A stretch of 44,559 nucleotides of DNA, taken from Octopus sinensis. Taxonomy: Eukaryota. The translations under genes were made by a program, and so were the position numbers. The notes under the pieces were generated by a model that did no database searches, had not been told where the DNA came from, and saw nothing but the letters and a program-made list of their open reading frames with translations. This document shows, piece by piece, positions 36,672 to 44,559 of this stretch. Where the stretch lies: contig NW_021834927.1 in the NCBI RefSeq assembly GCF_006345805.1, positions 1 to 44,559 of the forward strand. Reading direction: 5' to 3'. The stretch's first letter is position 1; each line of letters starts with the position of its first letter.

Positions 36672-37085
36672 GGCGCAGGAGTGGCTGTGTGGTATGTAGC
36701 TTGCTTACCAACCACATGGTTCCGGGTTCAATCCCACTGCGTGGCACCTTGGGCAAGTGTCTTGTACTATAGCCTCGGGTCGACCAAAGCCTTGTGAGTG
36801 GATTTGGTAGACGGAAACTGAAAGAAGCCCGTCGTATATATGTATATGTATATATATATGTGTGTCTGTGTTTGTCCCCCCCCCCAAATCGCTTGACAAC
36901 CGATGCTGGTATGTTTACGTCCCTGTAACTTAGCGGTTCGGCAAAAACTGACCGATAGAATAAGTACTAGGCTTACAAAGAATAAGTCCTGAGGTCGATT
37001 TGCTCGACTAAAGGCGTTGCTCCAGCATGGCCGCAGTCAAATGACTGAAACAAGTAAAAGAGTAAAAGAGTAAAAAGAGAGTAAA
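36672..37085 (+). mobile_element. SINE family B, full length
   Basis: ggcgcaggagtggctgtgtgg head, ggttcaatccc B-box, ccttgggcaagt, gtaaaagag tail. Confidence 0.9.
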
Positions 37086-37099
37086 TAATAATAATAATA

Positions 37100-37733
37100 A
37101 AATGCAGAATCGGTAGACAAAATGGTGAAACCGTATGGCATATTACGAGACAATGTACACCACTAGCCCAGAAGGAATATAAGAGACGCCACGACAATAT
37201 AGCGAGGCTTGTCCATTGGATATTTTGCCACAAGTATGGTCTAGACATAGAAAAAAATTGGTATGACCACAAACCTTAAGGCATCGTCGAAAATGATAAC
37301 GCAAAGATCCTGTGGGATTTTACGATTCAGTGCGACCATGAGATAAAGAATAGGAAGCCAGACATAGTGTTATTGAGAAAGAAAACAAACGATGCTGGAT
37401 CATAGATATAACATGCCCAGCTGACAACAAGGTATGCTATAAAGAAGAAGAAAAAGTCGATAGCTATGACAGGTTAGCTTGGAAGTTAAGCAGTTGTGGT
37501 CGATAAATAAGGTAGCAGTAACACCAATAATTGTCGGAGCCTTGGGAACAGTGAGTAATACATGGAACATATAGGGGCTGCAATAAGGTGGAGCACTTGT
37601 AGAAAACAGCACTGCTTGGAACCGCTCGGATACTCCGGAAGGTGCTCGAAAATTAAGGGGTGTTACCTTAGTTCACTGGTAGTAAACAGTTGACACTAGT
37701 ACATCTGCAGCGTTAGAAGCTGTGCAAAGGCAT

Positions 37734-37735
<2 letters not shown>
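37100..37735 (+). mobile_element. 3' fragment of an R4/Dong-like element (knuckle, RLE, 3' UTR)
   Basis: KCRIGRQNGETVWHITRQC...KRRHDNIARLVHW...KILWDFTIQCDH..KPDIV; ends in (TAC)n(AAT)n. Confidence 0.85.
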
Positions 37736-37804
<69 letters not shown>

Positions 37805-37806
<2 letters not shown>

Positions 37807-38019
37807 GATTTCAAAGTTTGGTACAAGACCAGGAAGATCAGGGGTGGGGGTGAATTGGTTACATTGACCCCAGTGCTCACCTGATAATTAGGCTATCGAT
37901 CCCGAAAGGATGAAACGCAAAGTCGGCTGCGGCGGAATTTGAACTCACAACGTAAAGACGGGCGAAATACCAATAAGCATTTTGCCCAGTGTGCCAACGA
38001 TTCTGCCAGCTCGCCGCCT
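37805..38019 (-). mobile_element. SINE family A
   Basis: Reverse complement of head (ctgccagctcgccgcc) and core. Confidence 0.8.
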
Positions 38020-38087
38020 TAAATAATAGTAACAATAGAGGAAACTGTCCCTAAAAGGTCGGGCGGAGGTGGCGAACTCGTACAAAC

Positions 38088-38288
38088 CTTTTTATTATAG
38101 GCACAAGGCCCGAAGTTTAGAGCAAAGAGGCCTATCGATTGCATCGACCCCTGTATTCAGCTGGTACTTATTTTATTCACCTCGAAAGGGTGAAAGGCAA
38201 AATCAATCGAGCATTGCGGAATTTGAACCCGGAATGTAAAAGCAGACGCCTTTCGCCCAGTGGGGTAACCATTCCGTCAGCTCACCAT
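38088..38288 (-). mobile_element. SINE family A, diverged
   Basis: catcgacccc...ctggtactta...gaaagggtgaaaggcaaa...ggaatttgaaccc. Confidence 0.7.
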
Positions 38289-39242
38289 GTTTAACTCAAC
38301 GCCAACTCACATTTAACTTTGTCTTCCTATGCAAGAAATCAATATCTCGATGTAGTTACAACAGAAATCGAATCTCTAATTCAGTTCTACCCTCTTTGAT
38401 TTTCTCGAAAATGTTTAAATCGTTCATCTTTCTCCCTAATGTCATGTACAGATAGCTTCACTACTTCGCCCCAATCATATTCTACACTCTTCATCATTTT
38501 GACATTGATGGAGCCCATCAGAAGTTCTCGTAGTTCCATAAAAAGATCGAACGATTTTTCAGCAGCTTGCTGAAGGAAATTTCAACATTTATGATTCACT
38601 GGATGTCTTGGTTAATTTCGTTGAACACCAAGTTATCCATTTTCAAGCAAACTTATGATTATAGCCATTCTAGTTCTGAAAATTCCTATGTTTAAAAACA
38701 AATGTAGTACATCCATGTCAACATTATAATATTACAGATTGTGACTCGAGGGTGACTGCGTTCTAGTTTTAGTAGGTTGAGACACCGTAGAGAAGCTCTC
38801 GCCCAGTTTCTTTCACTGGACGCTTCCGAAATATGAAGTTGCCTTCAAGATGGTCGATCAATTCTATTTGAGTTCGAATGACTCTGTAAGACTTTTATTC
38901 GATAAATGAGGTTTTGTTGCTGTTGATGATCACGATGAAATTGACTTTTAACTGAGGAATCAAATCTATTTTGGTGGTGGTTATTTCTGTCAGATCAAAT
39001 GACAACATCTCTTCACGATTGCGATTGCCTCCATGACACTTTACAAAAATATCTTGATAACGATTGAACGCTCAAAGACATTTTTCTGCCATTTTCTTAG
39101 AGCGCGGCGTGATTAAAACACAGTCATTTCTTCGATCGAATGGCGGATGATTTGATTGCATTCCTTTATGAAGAAGGATTGGTCGCTCGAATCATCAGAC
39201 ATTAAATTGAAATATTAGCTGTACCTGATAATTGGCATGACG

Positions 39243-39311
<69 letters not shown>

Positions 39312-39410
39312 TTATCTGTCTGTCTGTCTGTCCGTCTGTCTGTCCGTCTGTCTGTCTGTCTGTCTATTTATATACCTATCTATTTATCTACCTATCTATA
39401 TATTTATCTG

Positions 39411-40860
39411 TTTACGGTCCGGTCGAGTTGCTCGGGGTCTGGTTTGGTCCGGACCTCCAAATGGAGAAGAACTGGAACGAGATAACGAGTAGAGTGGTCA
39501 CTCTCGCCCGGCAATGGGCCGAGAGGAAACTGTCCCTAAAAGGTCGGGCGGAGGTGGCGAACTCGTACATCGCGTCCGTCATCTACTACCGCCTGACCGT
39601 CGTGCCTTGTCCCGACCCTACCATCACCAAACTAGAACGTATTCTCTTTCGCTTCTTTTGGAAAGATGCGTCCCGATGGTCAGGCGATCCATTTGCTGTC
39701 AACATCCGTTAAAAGGAGGACTGGGCATGCCGTTGTTGATGATGCGCAGACACGCGCTGAGACTGCAACATCTCAGGCTTTACGTAGACGACGGTGAACA
39801 GGTGTGGTCGCCGTTTGTGAGGCACGAGAAAGGGCGAATGGCATCGCGAGTGTCGCCTTGCTCTCAACCAAGTATGCCGTCCCGGGTCGACCTTGAGTGA
39901 CTCCAACACGACCCAAGCATTCTATAGAGGGTTAGTGGAGGGGAAGTACGACGACGTGTTCGGGGCGAACCTGGACGTCGACGGGGAATACCTGACCCGC
40001 CTATTCAGGACGACTTTCGGGCCAGGGCCCATGGACAACTCCCGGAGATCCTTGGCCTGGCAGTGCTACCGAGAAGCGCTACCTGTTCGGGATAAGCTCT
40101 ACAGACACGGCTCGAGAAACACGGGTCCGATCTGCCCGAGATGCGGTCAGAGCGACGAAACCGTTCTGCACGCACTCGTGCAGTGTCCAACAATCTCCGA
40201 CCTGTGGACTTATGTCGAACAACTGCTGTGACGAGTCGGTTTATCAGCCGAGTCTATCGTCAATATTGTCACGCCTCCTTCCTTCAAACGGGAAGGAAGA
40301 GCTATTTTCATCATCCTTGTGGCTATGGCGAAAGAATGTATCCGGTGGACGCGTCTGAAAGGATTGGAGGCAAGTTTAGTCTAGCGAATGTTTTAAAAAA
40401 AGATGGGTGAATGTAGCAAGGATGGCACACGTATGAATGATGAAGCCACCTTGAGCATAATCCTATGAACCCATAAATTGAAAACAGAGGGTTACCGACT
40501 TGCAAACAAATGTGGCAACATGTAACAATGTTGACCGAGGTTACCGTGGTCTTTTCCGTAGGCTTTTCTTCCCACGGATAAACCTTATCTGCTTCCCCCT
40601 TTACACCGTACATCATGACACTGTGATACACGATCCCTATTGATCGTCTTTTTTTCTTTTTCCCTTTTTTCCCTTTTTTTTTCTTAGTTTTTCTTTTTTC
40701 TTTTCTTTTGTTTCTTTTCCTTTTTTTCTTTTTTTTCTTTCATTTTCACTATCCCTTTTGATCGAAAACCTACCCCACTTTTTTTTTCAAAAAAAAAGAA
40801 AAGCTCTACTTTGTAATCTGTCCCGTCTGTGTGCAGCCGTGTGTGGCTAATAAAGAAACA
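39411..40860 (+). mobile_element. 5'-truncated L1/Tx1-clade element (ORF2 C-terminus with zinc-binding domain, plus 3' UTR) inside (TCTA)n
   Basis: [29 protein letters not shown]...CPRCGQSDETVLHALVQC; AATAAA at 40849; (TCTA)n on both flanks. Confidence 0.88.
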
Positions 40861-40937
<77 letters not shown>

Positions 40938-41385
40938 GTCTGTCTGTCAGTCTATCTATCTATCTACCTATCTACCTATCTATCTATCTGTGTGTGTGTC
41001 TGTTTGTGTGTATATATATTCATGTAATATATATATATATATATATATATTATGTGTGTATATATATTGGCATACATATATTATGCGTATGTGTGTGTAT
41101 GTATGTATATGCATGTGTATATTTCCGTATACACTCATGTACATATATATGCATAAAGGTGTATATATACATATATGTCTGAATGCATGCATACGCACAT
41201 ACATACGAACATATGGGCACACACACACACTCACGCGCATAAACACAGCGACATATATATCTTGCATACATATTTGCGCGACCGTGATTGGAGACAGAAT
41301 TATCATCTCTGCATGGGAGTAAATAGCAGAGATTAATAAAGTGTCAGGAAACTATCATAGCATGTTTTACACACACACACACACA

Positions 41386-41427
<42 letters not shown>

Positions 41428-41648
41428 CACACGCACACACACACACACATACGCACACACACACACATATATATGTATATATGCGTATATATATATGTTG
41501 TGTGTATATAAATATATATGTGGGTCTATATATACACGTATGTATGTATAAATATATATATACATATATATATACATATATGTATATAGATATATATATA
41601 TACATATATATATACATATATGTATATACATATATGTATATATATACA

Positions 41649-41688
<40 letters not shown>

Positions 41689-41918
41689 CATATATACTAC
41701 ATATATTTATATCTATTTGTATGTATGTGTATGTATATACATATATATACATGTATATATATATATACACATGTACACCCATGGATGTAGTCGCTCAGGT
41801 TTTGATGAACATGTTCTTAGACTCGAAGACTTGTAGCAATTTCTCTTGCAGCCATTTCGGTGCCAATCATATGGCTTCCATTCCGTCATGACGCGTATTT
41901 TAGTCCCAGGCATGTTGG

Positions 41919-41950
<32 letters not shown>

Positions 41951-42140
41951 GCGACGACGACGACGATGATGATGATAATGATGATGAAGGTGAAAATGAT
42001 GATGATTATAGCCGAACCTCTATATGAATTAATATTTACGTATATTAATATATACATGTATATATATATGCATGAGTGTTTGTTGTGTGTGTGTGTGTGT
42101 GTATGTGTGTGTGTGTGTGTGTTTGTGCGCGTGTGTGTAT
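40860..42140. repeat. Extended mosaic of (TCTA)n, (TA)n, (CA)n and (GAT)n microsatellites
   Basis: Directly visible. Confidence 0.9.
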
Positions 42141-42447
42141 AGATGTAAGCAAATATACATAATGATAGTCACAGAAATTGTTTTGTGTGTGTGTGCGTTG
42201 TACGAAATATGTTGTGGTACGTAGTTGTAGCCGTTACCATCCGAAGTTTCGAAATTCTGTCTTGGTTAAGTTTATTTTGTATTTCTCTGGGGTCGATAAC
42301 CTACCAAAACATTACAGAACTGGGAAATAGTCATTCGACTATTCATTCCCACTAAATTTCTAAACTTGCCTTCGTGTTAGAAACAATTTACACTCTCCCT
42401 ACCTCTATCTCTCCCTTTTTTCTGCATACATACATACATACATACAT

Positions 42448-42484
<37 letters not shown>

Positions 42485-42485
42485 C

Positions 42486-42516
<31 letters not shown>

Positions 42517-42541
42517 TATAATATACATACACACATGTGTG

Positions 42542-42596
<55 letters not shown>

Positions 42597-42739
42597 GAGA
42601 GAGAGAGAGAGTGAGAATTCCATTTTACTGGGCTGTGAAAGACGAATTTCGTATTCGTAACTGACAATGTGCAATGACAAAGAAATGCATGCATCTTACG
42701 ATCTAGGTGCATCATCCATTGTCTGGTGTGTTTTAACAT

Positions 42740-42940
42740 ATTTTGTCTGTATTATATATATATATACCTAGACTGTCCTTCTTCCTTTTCTTTTGGACTT
42801 TCCTATGTCTCCTGTTGCCGAAGGTATGCTCTGCTCGGAACGTAAAACAACCACTCTTTCTTTCCTTCTCTGAGCGTCTCATTAATACTTTGCATGTGCT
42901 ACGTCCTCGCGTTGTTGTTTTTTCTTCTCTTATTTTCTCC
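42740..42940 (+). mobile_element. PLE-type terminal-repeat fragment with decayed hammerhead
   Basis: gttg-ccgaagg...gctctgctc-ggaac-gta-aaacaac, followed by the same family motif as 13360-13560; (TA)n flanks. Confidence 0.55.
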
Positions 42941-43074
42941 ATTAAAAAATTATATATATATATATACATTCAATAATGAGGGTGAATAAAATTATAGATA
43001 TTAATTCAATAATACCCTTATTTTAACACCAAGCGACCTAGCACAAAAAACCGGGGATACAAATTCATATTTAT

Positions 43075-43194
43075 CCGTAAATATTAGAGAGCCAACTTTG
43101 AATATGTTAACTCTAAGTGCTAGAAATAGACCCAACCGGTAAAGTCGCCAACTTAGAGTTAACATATTCAAAGTTGGCTCTCTAATATTTACGG
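43075..43194. repeat. Perfect 44-bp inverted repeat with 32-nt loop
   Basis: 43075-43118 is the exact reverse complement of 43151-43194. Confidence 0.95.
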
Positions 43195-44559
43195 GTATAT
43201 ATATATATATATATATATTTGTAAAAAATGAAGTAAGAAAATGCTGCTATATTATACAATTTTTAATTTTTATATATACATTATATATATATATATGCGT
43301 GTGTGTTTGTAATATATACGATTATATTATACATCTCGAAACGATAAAGGTGGAATTTGAATTCAGAGGTATTTGAAACTAGGTCGAAGACAAACGGAAT
43401 AAATATCTCGAAGCATTCCATCGGATACTTGAACGAATCTCCCACTGGATATCACTGCATGTCTTCCGTCGGTTAACTCTGTACATTAACTATGTACAGA
43501 GTTGGATAAGAATTTTCGAAGAAGACTAACAGAAAGACATGCGGTGAAGTCTTATCTTTCTAAGTCGTTGATGCTTTCTCCAAAGAGAAAGGCACCGACT
43601 AGGGCCCATACTGCTTGGTACCAATGTTATCACCGATGTTGCGGTTAGAACTAAAAAGAAACGGGATTCCTCAAGGCATCTCGTCACACAGCTAACAGAT
43701 CCACCAATTTTCACCCCTGGACATTTTTCTTTCTATCGACACTAAACAAAAGGAAAGGGAAATTAGACTTGGGTGGGATCTAATCTCAGAATGCAAACAA
43801 CTGGAGCAGACACCCCAAGGCATCCCGTTTAACTCTCTAACAGTTCAACAAATACATCACCCTTAATAGACAGTTTTTTTAAAAATTTGAATCTCGTGAA
43901 GAAATATAATCAGAATTCATCTTTGCGAGATTTGAAAACAAACCGCAGAAATCTGAAACAAATACCTTGAAATCTATTGCATCCGAAGCCGTAACGGTTC
44001 TACAAATCGACCGCCTCATGACTGCACCCTTTATAAACAAAATCTAAATCTAAAAGGATAAATCATTATCATATTGAAAAATAACTTAAATATACAATAG
44101 CCACGTAAAATTTATTATAGTTATCATTATAAATATTTTTCAATTTTAAATCAAAGAAGCGTGTGGTAGATATATGAGTTCATTTAACCTCTATTATTTG
44201 TCCTCATTCACACGAGATCAGATTGTGATTAAGGTCAGCAGTGATTATCTAGTGCAGAGATAATACATCTCTATCTACAGTGCAGTTCTGTTCTGTGTGA
44301 TAAAGTGCATTATGGCTGTTCAATTGATCTGATACAAAAACTGGGGTTACTAAGGAAGGTCGTGTTAATATATGAATATTAGAGTTATTTATTGTATAGA
44401 AAGATAAATATAGATATACACAGAATATATATACGCATGCTTCCCTATACATATGTGTATTAATACAGGTATGTGTGTATTTGCATGCACGTACACAAGT
44501 ATGCATGTATGCAAGTATGTAGGTATGTTAAAAGTATGTATGTTATATATATATATATA

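Noticed and set aside
38330-39235. Complex sequence with faint pogo/Tigger-like hints, and a ctgatga core at ~39192 (-)
   Set aside because: No convincing transposase motif, and hammerhead stems I and III do not form
422-44506. Most ORF-track entries (poly-[19 protein letters not shown], poly-N)
   Set aside because: They are translations of stop-free microsatellite frames, not genes

Overview
This is eukaryotic, AT-rich, repeat-saturated DNA that is intergenic or intronic. It is most likely from an octopus, inferred from the two tRNA-derived SINE families, which resemble octopus SINEs as I recall them. I find no confidently supported host protein-coding gene; almost all entries in the ORF track are translations of microsatellites. 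The recognisable coding sequence is all decayed transposon: two Penelope-like (PLE) GIY-YIG relics, four R4/Dong-like RLE non-LTR elements in (AAT)n arrays, L1/Tx1 ORF1 and ORF2 fragments, and three Tc1/mariner fragments. The most notable signal is non-coding. There are two type I hammerhead ribozymes with fully canonical cores (11831-11911 and 32083-32168, both minus strand). There are also three near-intact or inverted ones packed with the first into a ~1.5-kb 'ribozyme island' at 10.7-12.25 kb, plus several decayed relics. The window also holds long fold-back structures, a 48-bp exact templated copy of Tx1 sequence, and an internally deleted R4-like element. All calls are by eye; no alignment, folding or database search was run.
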